Notes under the pieces: model-generated
Database searches by the model: none
Told to the model about the DNA's origin: nothing
What the model saw: only the letters and a program-made list of their open reading frames with translations
Program-made: the position numbers and the translations under genes
In this document: piece after piece, positions 42,341 to 55,702 of the stretch
Numbering within the stretch: position 1 is the first letter of the stretch
Layout of the letters: each line of letters opens with the position of its first letter
Assembly: GCA_951406725.2 (NCBI GenBank)
Contig: OX597815.1
Location: forward strand, 132,556,001-132,620,000
DNA length: 64,000 nucleotides
Source: Octopus vulgaris
Taxonomy: Eukaryota
Direction of reading: 5' to 3'

Positions 42341-42426
42341 TCGTGGGTGAAAGGGGGATGCAACATCAACTATATAGTGTATGTGATTCACCTTGTCCAC
42401 CACCACTAGGTCCGGTCTATTCACCG

Positions 42427-42502
<76 letters not shown>

Positions 42503-42504
<2 letters not shown>

Positions 42505-42923
42505 TCATACATGCACAACAGATTAAACTGTTGAAAAAGAATAACGCTTAATATCAGGCAACGACAAGTAATCTTCGATATCAAGAACCCGCCTAAGTAT
42601 TCTAGCTGTCCCAAACAACACTTTTTCTGGAGTTGTACTAAACTAGGTTTTATGCGTGTATCCTCTATCCATTTCTTAAACCTGTAAGAATAGTTTCTAA
42701 TGCACCTATGACTACAGGAATACATTTTACCTACAGTTCCCGTAGTCTCTGAACACAATGCCTAGATCCTGGTATTTTGCCTATACCTCTCTATAGCTCT
42801 CATATTGACTTCTATCTCATTTGGGGCTGAAAAGTCAATTATCTGGCACTTTCAATTCTATTAAATGAAGCCTTCTAGTTTCTATTTCTCAGTCCGTCTG
42901 AATGTTAAAGTGTAGTGTTGCTG

Positions 42924-42999
<76 letters not shown>

Positions 43000-43450
43000 C
43001 ATTTACTTTTAATCTGCCTGTTTGTCACAGTCACTTGCCGAGACACATCCAGCGTCCTGAGGCGAGTGAAGGATAAGAGATGTTACAGTATGACTGAAAG
43101 CTTGGAGAGGCGAAGTAGCGAGACATCATCATGTAATACAACACAGACGTTTAAATGGATAGGGTTTTGTTAAGGATGTAAGCAGTACTTGTCAGTAGAA
43201 TCTTTTGGATTCCTCTGAGACATGGTTCTCCTGGTATCTGATAGAGATATTTCATACATCCCTATGTTATCATACGTATAGCACTTACCATAACAGGAAC
43301 AGTTCTCGCTTTAAGATGCCACATCTTTTGTATTTCAATTTCCAGGTCCTTATATTTACTTAGTTTTTTTTCCATCTAGTTTTAGATCATGGGGCACCGC
43401 ATTTGTCAAATTCTTTTACTGATATGTTTGTATCAGTGGGAAAACTTACA
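42503..43450 (-). mobile_element. Further decayed R4/Dong-type LINE 3' fragments separated by (TTA)n
   Basis: Minus strand reads KKWIEDTRIKPSLVQLQKK..LG and KYKDLEIEIQKMWHLKARTVPVMVS. Confidence 0.7.
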
Positions 43451-43497
43451 ACTATTAGTCTAAAAGTATTTTCGTTCCTATCTTTAATAACCATGTC

Positions 43498-43996
43498 TGT
43501 TATCAAATACATTGTTTTTGTCTTGATATAAAGAATGGGCTACAGCAAATATTCTGTTCAATACCACGGATTTGCTTGTCAATTGCTTGGCCTTAACCAG
43601 TTGAGAATGTCCCTTAGAGGCTGACAATATGTACATCGCTGACCACGAGCAGAAGTAGTAAGGGAGCATCATAGCCATGTGTTGTGAGGAATTCTTTAGG
43701 GTTTGAATAATTAACTTATGGGAACATGGCTGTTTTGCTCAACATTCTGAAACAAACCTTAGACAGGGACTTTTTGAGCGAGATGGAGTATTCAACCTGA
43801 AGAAAATTCCAACTGGGTTCCACCTACAAGTTTATGAGTTGTTTTGTTCGATATAAAATCACCATGTAGCTCACATATGGTTGTGATACATATGCCTGGT
43901 CTACCTTTATTATACGGGTAGTCAAAATGGGTATACTGGGCTTCGTATATTTGTAACCCAGTGTCACTTCGATGGTATGTATTGCTCTCTCGCTCA
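43498..43996 (+). mobile_element. Family C retroposon, near full length, with (AAT)n tail
   Basis: Colinear with 44152-44620 and 50198-50531. Ends ctctctc.ctcAATAATAAT. Confidence 0.8.
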
Positions 43997-44024
43997 ATAA
44001 TAATCGTAACAATAATATTTGTTG

Positions 44025-44097
<73 letters not shown>

Positions 44098-44151
44098 CAT
44101 TATTATTATCATCATTAATATTATTATTATTGTCATTGCTATTAGTATGAC

Positions 44152-44620
44152 CTGATGCAATACTAGGCAGTGTCTCTCATGGCTTCTGATCTTGACTGAT
44201 TGGAAGTGTTAACATGTACATTGTTTTGTCTTGATATAAAAGATGGGCTATAGCAAATATTCTGCTCAATACCACAGATTTGGTTGTTAGTTGCTTGACC
44301 ATAACCAGTTGAGAATGTCCCTTGGTGGCTGAAGATATGTGCTTCTCTTATCACGAGAATAGGTAGTGGAGGAACATCGTAGCCATGTGTTGAGGGGAAT
44401 TCTTTGGTGGTTTGAATAATTCACCTCTGGAAACATGCATGATTCGTTCGTCATCCTCAAACAAACTTTATTCAGAAACCTTTTGTACGGGGTGAGCTAC
44501 TCCGCCTGAAGAAAATTCTAACTGACCTCACCTGCATCGTCATGCACTATCTATCTTGATATAAGTTCACCTTGTCGCGCACATTTGGTTGTGATGCCTG
44601 TGTCTAGTGTACCCTTATCA
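44152..44620 (+). mobile_element. Family C retroposon, 3' truncated
   Basis: Colinear with the 43498 copy. Confidence 0.8.
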
Positions 44621-44842
44621 GAAATGATCGAAATGTATTGAACTAGAATGTTTTGTGGAGCTTCTACAGAAAGTTTGCCTATTAGGGACAGGAAAGATTA
44701 TCGGGAGTGCCTTAAGCACCGAAAAGTCTATTGAAAGCTTGTGGATACTTAAAGTTACATGTAGTAACACGCTACCCACATAATGAATAAGTGCGAACTC
44801 AGTGAAATCAATAATAATAATAGTAATAATAATAATAATAAG

Positions 44843-46790
44843 GGATTACCAAATGCTCAGTACTTTATATGAAAAGAGGGAAGAAAGCAGCCTGCAGAGG
44901 ATGGCGGTTACCATCCAGAGAGACCATGGCTGAATCCGACTGTAGTGGGTATAGATATTTAGGGATTTTAGAGCTAGATGACATTCTACACAGAGGAATG
45001 AAAGTCAAGGTCAGCGAGGCGTATCAAAAAACGGTGAAGATGGTGTTGAAATCCAACCTGGATGCTAAAAATCTGATTACCGCAATGAATATCTGGGCAG
45101 TTGTAGTGGGCAGATATAGTGCGTCCATCCTCAAATGGACTAAGGAGGAAATATCCACACTAGATAGAATGATGGGTAAGTTGATGACGCTCCATGGGGC
45201 GCTACACCCTAAAGCAAACGTAAATAGACTGTGTATTAAAAGAATGGTAGCAGAGGACTAATTAGTTTGGGTCATTGTATAAAGAGTGAAAGAAGAACGC
45301 TTGCCGAGTATTTGATAAATAGTGATGAAGAACTGTTCCACTATGTCACGAAATATATGTGTGTAGATGCATATGAAATAATGGGCAAGTAAGAGTTTAA
45401 CCAAAGAGCTGAGGAGGAGAGTAAAGAAAACTTTGAAATGAGAATGCATGGGCAGTTTGAAATTTATACACAGAACGTTAAGAATAATACAGCATCATGG
45501 GCATGGATTGAGCGAGGTAATTTGAAACGTACCACCGAAAGCCTGATCACTGATGCACAAGACTAGGCTCTCGCTATCAATTCAGTGAAGTATAACATCT
45601 ATAAAACTTCTGACACCCAGAAATGCAGACTCGGTGGAAAGAGTGTGGAAAATGTGACCCACTTGGAAAGTGGATGTGAGAGCCTTGCACAAAAAGAATA
45701 CAAACGCCGCCACGATAAAGTGTGTGTGCATCTTCATTGGCTCTTATGCCGTAAATACCAATATGGAGTAAGAGAGAACTGGTATGAGCGTGTACCAAGT
45801 AAAGTTATGCAGGAGGATGGAAAAGTGTCGATACTCTGGGACTATGATTTTCAGACGGATCGTGTATTCGAACACCGTCGGCCGGATATTATATTGAATA
45901 AGAGAGACAAGTACTGTCAGATCATACCAAATGAGATGAATGATGTGAATAAGTGGTTGAAAACATCACCAAGTACTCCGAATTGAAAGGATACAAACCG
46001 ATACAAAGGACCGGTGGCTATGGTTGAGGAGGAGTGGCCTGAAGATAGAGACAGAAGCACTCATATGCGCAGCTCAGGAATAAGCGTTGAGGACCAACTA
46101 TTTGAAATGCAGAACAGAAAACACTACTGGTGGCGATATATGCAGAATGTGTGGTGAGAGAGATGAATCGGTATGGCACAGCGTTAGCGAATGTCCGAAA
46201 TTGACACAACTCAAATACAAAAGACGCCATGACAATGTGGCAAGAATGATCCATTGTGAGCTCTGTGGAAATGACGGTCTATAAAGAGCAATGACGTGGT
46301 ATAAGAAAACTCCAGAACGGGTCACCGAAAATAAGAATTGCGAAATCCTATGGGATGCAATGACCGACTGCGATCACCCGAGCTGACATAGGAAACTGGA
46401 CATTGTTGTGATGAATGAAAAAGAAAGAATATGTATGATAATCGACATAGCATGCCCCGGTGACAACAGGATCAATGTGAAAGAAGAAAAAATAAACAAC
46501 TACAACGATTTGAAGTGGGAAATACGAATGAAGGGTGTGATCAATGGAGAGAGTAGACGTGATGTCAATAGTAATTGGTGCACTTGGAAGTATCAATACT
46601 CAACTACCAACACGCTGAAAAAGAGTGTGCAAGTGTGAAGGTAGAACACCTACAAAATTCAGCATTGCTTGGAACTGCAAGAATTCTTCGCAGGATTCTT
46701 GAAACATGACCAATAAACACCTGTCACCTTAGTCTATTGGCAGTGGGCAGTTGACAACTTCCATCATACGCAGCAAAATAAGCTGAGTTT
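44843..46790 (+). mobile_element. Two abutting R4/Dong-type LINE fragments (late RT/thumb, CCHC knuckle, REL endonuclease); pseudogenic
   Basis: YRYLGILE..LDAKNLITAMNIWAV..HGALHPKANVNRL; CRL..ENVTHLESGCESLAQKEYKRRHDKV..LWDYDFQTDRVFEHRRPDII; second copy CRMCGERDESVWHSVSECPKL..YKRRHDNVA..IIDIACPGD. Confidence 0.9.
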
Positions 46791-46850
46791 TCATAGTATA
46801 ATAACAGCAGCAACAACTACAGCAACCATTATTATAATAATGATAATAGA

Positions 46851-46917
<67 letters not shown>

Positions 46918-47668
46918 GTTACAATTTTTAAAAACTCAAAAATAAAATATTGTGGAGCATGAAAGTAAAAACAATACGTGTAATATTTGGGGTACCAAGT
47001 CTCAAAATACTTCCTATTGTCCGTAAAATAGCTCCACTTGCTAAAGCCCATATCCTTCACGAGAAACATATAATTCAATATCACAACTGAAATAACACAC
47101 TTTCTACACCTTACATATGCTCTACACCGTAACCGCTCAAAAAATATGAGAATCTACATAAAACCTACTTTACATTATCACCATCCACGTCAATGCTCAC
47201 AACAGACAGTATAACGCGAACGTGTCACACAGCTCACACTCAGCCTACAGTTGCAGCAATTTCAACCTATACTAATGGAACACGACATTCTATTTAAAAT
47301 AGATGTATGATACTGTAACACAAAAACGTGAAGTACATAGCATGTGCGGATTTTATACAGCGGTCAAGAAAATAACGCAAAAAAAAACCCACTTTAGTAC
47401 ATGCATTACACAACGCAGCAAACAATAAAATACCAGCAGAAGCTTCAAAAAATATTCCGCAGCAGAACAAAAACAGAAAAAATATAGTAACACTGGCTTA
47501 CAATCCCAAAATACTACGCTGCACAAGTACATATTCACAGAGATACACGCGCTCATACACGCTCGCACACACACTCACGTACACACGCACGCATGCAGAC
47601 ACATATATAGAGAGCCACACACAAACACATCACAGCCGCATAGGTGCATCTGGTGATAATAATAATAA

Positions 47669-47876
47669 TCCTTTCTACTATATGCAAAAGGCCTGAAATG
47701 TTCAGGAAGATGAATAGTCGATTACACCGACTCCAGTATTTCACTGGTATTCAGTTTATCGACCTCGAAAGTATGAAAGGTAAAATCGACCTCGGAAAAA
47801 TTTTAACTCAGAAAGTAAGGACAGACAAAAGGAGGCTAAGCATTTTGTCCGGCATGATTCTTACTGCTCGCCGCCG
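47669..47876 (-). mobile_element. SINE family B copy
   Basis: gtcgattacaccgactccagt..tttatcgacctcgaaagtatgaaaggtaaaatcgacctcgg..gctcgccgcc. Confidence 0.8.
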
Positions 47877-47886
47877 TAATAGTAAT

Positions 47887-47939
47887 AAGAAAAAGAAGAA
47901 GCAGAAGAAGAAGAAGAAGAAGAAGAAGAAGAAGAAGAA

Positions 47940-48022
<83 letters not shown>

Positions 48023-48246
48023 AGAGGAACAAGAACAAGAAGAACAAGAAGGAGGAGGAGGGGAGGGGAGGGGAGGAGAAGGAGAAGGAGGAGGAGGAGA
48101 AGAAGAAGAAGAAGAACAACAACAACAACAACAACAACAAGAAAGAGCTGGAGGGGAGGGGAGGGGAGGAGGAGAGGAGGAGGAGAAGGAGAAGGCGGTG
48201 GAGGAGGTGGAGGAGAAGAAGAAGAAGAAGAACAACAACAACAACA
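47887..48246. repeat. Compound purine-rich (AAG)n/(GAG)n/(AAC)n microsatellite
   Basis: Direct reading. Source of the 201-aa poly-K ORF. Confidence 0.95.
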
Positions 48247-48249
48247 TAG

Positions 48250-49900
48250 ATGTGCTAAAGAGAAGGGCCACACGCTGACTGACAACATGGATATGCTACA
48301 CCGGGCTCTCCATTCAAAAACGAATCTAATCTAATAACACCGGTGGAATGGGATGTTAATCTTGGCCAGCAGAATGTCATAAAAGCGTTAGAACCAGCGG
48401 AGATCTACAAATATCCAGGAATATTTGAAAGTGATGGAATCAAACATCCAATGATGAGGAAAAGGATGAGAAGAGATTGTTATCGCAGGGTAAGGACAAT
48501 ACACAAGACAGAGCTGAATGTAAGAAACAAGATCGAAGCGATCAATACTTTAGCATACAGCTTCAATATCATTAACTGGTCAATTACTGAAATACGTAAA
48601 CATGACAGAAAAATATAAAAATTTTTGACACTGCATAGAATGCACCACACTTTACCTGCCAAGAAAAGAGGATGGCCGTGGAATTTTACAGTTGGGATTT
48701 AACTATGAAGATTGCCACAATTGACCTAAATACCCACCTGAAAAACTCTGATGAATACATGTTCAAACTTGTCTTAAAGCATGAAAACAAGAAAGCATCA
48801 TACTCAGTAACAAAACAGGAATTTCTAAGTGAATTCCAAATACAAAATATCCCAGAATTAGCTCACAACTGGAAAAAGCACAGAAAATGCTAAGCGTATG
48901 AGAACCAGGGCTAAAACTGCTGCTTTACATATTTTTACTGATAAATGGCAAGAAAAATCTCTCAATGGTAAATACCCAAACAGAGCAAATAATGTTGATG
49001 TTGACAAAACCCTTACCTATCAAGGGTTAGTGTCTCTGGCTTAAAATCAGAAACAGAAGGGTTTACTATAGCAGCCCAAGATCAATGCCTACCTATAAGG
49101 AGCTACCAGGCCAACATATTAAAGAACGGCAGTAGCCTAACATGTCGTGTATGTACACAACAAAATTAAACCTTTGATCATGTTGTCTCTATGTACAGTC
49201 TTCTGGCACCTAAAGAGTATCTCAACAGGCACGATAGAACAGCACAATATATTCACTGGGTAATTTGAAAAAATCTGGAGCTGTCCCATGATAAAAGCTG
49301 TTGGGAACACAACCCACATCCAGTGTTTGTAAATGATCACATCTCACTCCTCTGGAATTACACCCTTCAAACTAACAGAAAGATAGATTCAAATAGGCCA
49401 GATATTATACTGAAAGACTTCAGGCAAAAATCATGCCTCGTCATTGATATGATTGTCCCAATCAACATAAATGTGTCTGTCAAGACTTACCTAATACTGA
49501 GCAAGTATAAAGGTCTTGAAATAGAAATTGGCAAAATGTGAAACTTCAAAAGTAAAATAATACTTGTTGTCATAGGTGCCCTAAGAATGATAGCAAAAGG
49601 GGTTGATTCCTACCTAGCTCAGATACCAGGAAACTCGAAAATGGCAGAAATTCAAAAGATAGTGCTCATGGGAACTGTTCATATCCTAAGTAAAATACTA
49701 TCTATATAATTTCAAATTTAAAAACAAACTTATAATATTCTCATGTTTTTTTAAACATTCTCTTGAACAATAATATTTGCAAAACCAAATATATAACACA
49801 CTAGGGATAACACCAACTTGAACTTCTAACTCGTTGTCTCTTGAGGTCTCTAAGTGAGACTTAGAGTCAACTTGCAGAAATACAAAGCAAAAGTCAAACT
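48250..49900 (+). mobile_element. R4/Dong-type LINE 3' 1.6 kb, decayed, with (TAA)n tail
   Basis: YKYPGIFE..ELNVRNKIEAINTLA..GLKSETEGFTIAAQDQCL..CRVC..LLWNYTLQTNRKIDSNRPDIILKD..VIDMIVP..SKYKGLEIEIGKM. Confidence 0.9.
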
Positions 49901-49965
<65 letters not shown>

Positions 49966-50159
49966 AATAACCATCAGAGCATCACAACAAATCACAGCAC
50001 ATACCTAAGGCACACAGAGCTGCGCTCGGTAGTGAAGTGAAAGCACGCTATAGAAATAAAACTACTGAAAATAATGATAATAATAATAAAACAGCACTGC
50101 TTGGAACCGCTCAAATACTCCGGAAGATGCTCGGAAAATAAGAGGTGATAGCTTAATTC

Positions 50160-50197
<38 letters not shown>

Positions 50198-50750
50198 GGG
50201 AGCATCATAGCCATGTGTTGAGAGGGATTCTTTGGGGTTTGAATAATTCACCTCTGGAAAAATGGGTGGTTCTTTCAACATCCTTAAACAACCCTTATTC
50301 AGGGACCTTTTGAGCGGGATGGGCTACTCAACCTGAAGAAAATTCTAACTGGGCCCCACCTGCAAGGTCATGTGCTGTTTATCTTGATATGAGATCACCA
50401 TGTCGCGCACATATGGTTGTGATGCATGTGCCTGGTGTACCCTTATCAGACGGGTAGTCATGATGGGTATATTGGGCTTCGTATATTTTACCCCAGTGTC
50501 ACTTTGATGGCATGAACTGCTCTCTCACTCAATAATAATAATAATAATTAAAGATGGGCCACAGCAAATATTCTGTTCTAAATTATAGATTTGCTTGTCA
50601 GTTGCTTGTCAGTTGCTTGACCTTAAGCAGCTCAGCATCTCCCTTTGTGGATGACGAAATGTGCATCTCTGATCACGGGAAGAGGTAGTGGGGGAGCATC
50701 ATAGCCGTGTGTCGAGAGGCATTCTTTGATATTTGAAGGTTTCACCTCAG
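50198..50750 (+). mobile_element. Two family C retroposon pieces (3' part with AAT tail, then a 5' part)
   Basis: 50198-50531 and 50550-50750 each align to the 43498 copy. Confidence 0.8.
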
Positions 50751-50939
50751 GTAACCCTAAGAGCGAGACAGTTCAGCTAGGATAATTCGGAGAAAACCAT
50801 ACGCAAGATTTCCCGTAGTACTCTGGCCCCTCCCAGGGAACATAATTCTCTGTTCCAGTCTTTTCGCCTAGGAAAGTATACCCAGATTATGCCCATTAAA
50901 CCTCACAAGCCTTGCAGTGCCCAGCCATCTTTCGATAAA

Positions 50940-51620
50940 CATCCTGGAAGGCAGTACCTTACACTCCAACACCACTATCGTCTTAACATAATACTGGACA
51001 AAACCATTGACCATATCATGAATAAGTGCCCTAGACTTGCTTAAAACCACGACAAGTTGCGAATACACGATAAGGTAGCTACATTGGAAACTGCGCGAAA
51101 AGTAAGGGCTAGAGAGAAGCAAACGTGGTATGAGCACAAACCGCAAGGAATGGTGGATTCCGTGACTTGTAAGATCGTTTTGGATTTCCTGACCCAGCAG
51201 ATCAGGTGCTAGGGGACAACAGACTGGACCTAGCGGTGGTAGACAACATGCAACACGTGCTATATATTTGATGCTGCATGCTCCTTTGACCCACTATTAG
51301 TCAAGAAGGAAGTGAAAAAAATAGATAAATACAACGCTCTTAAGTACGAAATAGCCCGGCTATGGAAGATAAAGAAGGTGAAGATAGTGCCAATTATTGT
51401 TAGGTCCTTTGGGACAGTATCAGAAGGAATATAAAGGAAATCGGAATAGAGTGCCCAGTAGAACTGTTATAAAGGGTCTCCCTCATTGACAAGGTCGGAA
51501 TAATGAAGAAAGTATTAGATAGTTGAAAAGAACAGATAGCATGGTACTATAGGCTGCATGTAGCCAGCCCGCTATACATGTAAGACTCCAGGAGCTCCAA
51601 CAAAACACGAGATAACAAGA
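50940..51620 (+). mobile_element. R4/Dong-type LINE 3' fragment
   Basis: ..ECP.LA..RIHDKV..HWKL..DAACSFD..IDKYNALKYEIARLWKIKKVKIVPIIVRSFGTV. Same subfamily as 42012-42340. Confidence 0.85.
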
Positions 51621-51639
51621 AATAATAATTATAATAATA

Positions 51640-51782
51640 ACCCTTTTTACAAAAGTCACACGTCCTGAAATAGGGAGGAAGGGACTGGTCTATTACATCG
51701 ACTCCAGTGTTCGACTGGTACTTAATTTATCGACCCGAAAAGATGAAAGGCAAAGTCGACAAAGGCAGAATTTAAAATCTGA
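51640..51782 (-). mobile_element. SINE family B, partial
   Basis: attacatcgactccagtgttcgactggtacttaatttatcgacccgaaaagatgaaaggcaaagtcgac. Confidence 0.75.
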
Positions 51783-52847
51783 ACTGGATCATGAAAGTTA
51801 AAGCAGCATTGTTTGTTACTAGGAAAAAGTGTAAGATTAGATATAAGTAAGAAAGCATAGGTATCATACAACAGGTTACAAATCTATTGATTGCTTCACA
51901 AAATATTTGGCGGATTTCATTCTGGATTAAGTACCCCATATATCCTAACATAACTTTTTATTTTTGGAATTTTCAGAAAATGTTTGCGAATCTGTATTCT
52001 ACACACGGGAATTCGTATGCCTATGCAATTTTTTTTTTTTACTGTTTTAATTTCCACCCGCAACCCCATAAATCTTTAAATTTCTACTCCTTCTCGAATG
52101 TTCTTAAATTATAGTTTTAAAAGACGGACAATCCGAATCTGCCTTTTTATTTCTGTTTATGATTTCAAAATAATTTTCAGAAGAAAAAGGTGTGAGATTT
52201 AAAGGAGATTTAGCTATTGGGTTTTAGCACCTCCCACCGCTACCTGGTACCGTCCCCGCTTCTTTATCAATCTGATATGTATAGATGATTTTCAATATTT
52301 TTCTCGCCAAAATCACATTTTAATGGAATGATGATGTACCCAAGGTGCTCCATTATTGGGATTTAAGTAAAAAAAACTTCTAGTGATTTAGATCTCACAG
52401 CCCGCACCAAGTAACTGGGTATGTGTAACAAGAGAACATTAGCTAAGAGATAATATGCTCCCAAAATATATTATGTTTTATATATATGTTTTAAACCACT
52501 GCAGATAAATCTCAGCAATGACCTAGGCATATTTAAGTCTAATTTGAGCATCCGTAATGATTTTTGGTGGGGCATATGCAAAACAATTGTAATGGAAAAT
52601 TTTTTGCATAATCGTTCGTTGTCCAGTGTGTAGAACACAAATTCGCAAAAGAATTCTAAAAATACCAAAAAGTGAAAGAATTATGACAGGATACATGTTG
52701 CTTCGATCCAGGATCTATAATAGGCCATGCGTAAGCGCGAATATATTTAACCTTTTGAATTCGAATCTCAAAAATTATTTTGAAATTATAATCAGAATTA
52801 GAATTTTCTGTAATATTCTAATCTAAAATTGAGAATTAATTTATAAC

Positions 52848-53179
52848 TAAAGCGATATGAACATTATTTACAATTGACGGATATTTGTCCTCATCTTGTT
52901 TGTTGTTAACACGTTCCGACTGATATACCCTCCAGCCTTCATCAGGTGTCCTAGGGTAAATTTCGAACCTGGGTTCTCATTCCTAAGGTATTTTTCGATG
53001 TTATTATTATTATTATTATTATTCAGGTCACTGCCTGGAATCGAACTCGGAATCTTGGGGTTAGTGGCCCGTGCTCTTAACCACTACTCCACAAACAAAA
53101 TGAGGACAAACATCCGTCAATTGTAAATAATGTGTATAATTCCTCATCACTTAAATATAGAACTGTAAAGCGATATGAA
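52848..53179 (-). mobile_element. Composite non-autonomous element: 43-bp inverted repeats, tRNA-like Pol III head, (AAT)n and hammerhead-like motif, with 14-bp TSD
   Basis: TSD taaagcgatatgaa at 52848-52861 and 53166-53179. IRs 52861-52903 and 53091-53133 (2 mismatches). Minus strand has gtagtggttaagagcacggg..gagttcgattcc and acacCTGATGAaggctgg..tcagtcGGAACgtgt. Confidence 0.8.
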
Positions 53180-55626
53180 TTTCACAATATATTTCATGAT
53201 GTTTTCGCGAAAGTTTCCTGATATCACTTTAAATAATATTAAGACATCGTGAAATTAAACCGGTTAATAATTTTTATGGTAAAACAAGATAGTAATACAA
53301 ATATTAAATTATAATAGTGAAATATTTACTAAACTGTGGGAAATAAACAAAAAAATATATATTGGGATAGGATCTTTCAAATGTACGCTATTGTTTTTTA
53401 TATTCATGTAATGATAGGACAATACGTATTGATATAAATAGTACAGAAAAGTAAGTACGTAAAATTGATGATGACCTGTCCTTGCGTCCTTTCTTATCTG
53501 AATGCTCATCTTAATAGCTATTTATTCGCAGGACAGTGCATGGGTAGATCTACGAGGATCGTTTAAATAACGTGTAAATGTTTTCCACAGACACATCTTC
53601 TTTTAACGTACTTTTCAGGTTGAATAAACATGAAACAAAATTACTGGAATTTCATGATCAATCTACTTGACGAGTTTCTACACACTTCCGGTATCCCCAG
53701 TTTTACTTATAAGACATGGATCGACACTGGACTACAAAAAATGACACGACCAAAATATCATGATGAGTGATTGAATTCAGAACCTAGTGATTAGATGGCA
53801 AAATTTTTAGCCATTCAGCTATGCAGCGCATGCATAATATGCACACACATACACATACAGACGAATAAACATGCATACATATAGACTCACACTAACACTC
53901 ATATAAGACTTGTTGGATAACGTATTTCAAATTAAAATAGACTCATATCTGCTGAAAATACACTGTATTAATTTTCAAATATTTTCTACCAATAATATAA
54001 ACAGTAATTTAATTACATGCACGCAAGGTAGCTTTGTTTAAAATATAATTATGTACCGTCATATTTAGCGTGTTTGTGTACATTCGGACAAAGAAAGACA
54101 ATTCGCTGTTAAAGGTGTCTCGGGAGAAATTCTCCTTACAAAAAATATAGGTATAAACACCACTCAGCCATGATCAGTATCACGTAGTAAACAAGCGTTT
54201 CTTCGTCGTTACGCTTCATCAACTATATATCTAACCGTTATTTCGTGGTGTGTAAGAGCTGGTTGGTCTTATATTAAAATAGCAAATTATATAATTATAT
54301 ATTTGCTGACGTGTAAAAGTCTGCGTTTGTGAAGTTGGAACGAATGAATGAATCGGATGTGCACTTGGCAATGTTGCAAGATATATAGTTATGTAAGTCA
54401 TTTTTTAACATGTTCATGTACATTAGGGCATGGAAAGGCAATACACACCACAAGTTGTCTAGAGGGAGAATTTTCATTTATACTAATATAAGAGCGACTA
54501 GCTCTTAGTGACAATGAACAACGGATCAGCACATGTAGCTGATGAAACTAGCGACACATAAACAGAAGTGTCAGGTAACATCTGTTAGGCTTACTTCTGT
54601 GTCTTACGCCCCTATTGTCTAGTAGGAGAATATTCTTCACCTGAGACAATTTGTGAGTTTATTGTATCCACATATCCGAAAGTATATGAACATGCTAAAT
54701 ATGATCCTACATAATTATATTTGTTTAGATTCTGATTAGTGCGTATCTAATTAACTTATTTCCAAATTGACAAAGATTTTCGCTCATCAACAAAGGTATG
54801 TATTCGGTATGCTAATAATATAGTGAACAGCTCTTAGTGACTATGAACAATATCTCAATATAAGGAGTAAGAAACACATATTTGCTACGGTCCGTTGACA
54901 TAATTCACGATCTGATATATTTACTATCATATTGTCTGAATGTACACGAATACTTAAAATATGACTGAACATACCTGTATATTGGATAACATTTATAAAG
55001 GTATAATTCTAAAGAATGTCACCTAAAGTTAAACAGTAAGACATTAATTACAGAAGTACCGTAATTTAATTTTTGAAATATTGTTCAACCAAAACTAATC
55101 ACGATCCCAAAAAATATCACATAAAGTTAAACAGTAATATGTGCTATATTCTTCCGGAACAGAAAATTCCAATAATCTAGTGCCATAGCAATAATGGTTA
55201 CTCTTAATAAGTAATTGTTTAAATTGAATTTTATAAGCAAAATACTTTTTAAAATCCTATTCGAGGTCTCAGGTCAATGCGTACTCTAAATCCGTAAAGA
55301 CTGCGATTTCTCTTATATCACAATTCTGCATGAATTTATATATATATATATATCGGTTCTTAATATTCATCCCCACAAGACGGTAGAAACTGTCTTTGTT
55401 CGCATTTTCTAATCGTATGATTTTCTGGTGGCTTAATCTCATCTATTTTATTTTTTTATTTTTTTATTTATGTGTGCAATACGCCTGCTGAATAGCTATC
55501 TCGTCTTGACTGATTAAAATCTTTCAATTGTATTATTCTTTCCGCTTGCTGATATAAATTTTTTTGGTTTTGTTTGTTTATTATTACATTGCAACGATTA
55601 TTCGCACTATGCTTTTCATAGTTATA

Positions 55627-55702
<76 letters not shown>

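Noticed and set aside
47644-48249. Longest ORF (201 aa, poly-K/E/R)
   Set aside because: SINE B copy read into an (AAG)n/(GAG)n microsatellite; no coding signal.
44843-49900. Intact or active LINE, or a domesticated RT gene
   Set aside because: All pieces are 5'-truncated with many stops and frameshifts, and they belong to different subfamilies.
53024-53090. tRNA gene
   Set aside because: Only A/B-box-like similarity without a complete acceptor stem, embedded in a TSD-flanked element. The same applies to the tRNA-like heads at about 1200-1273, 1640-1713 and 21225-21295.
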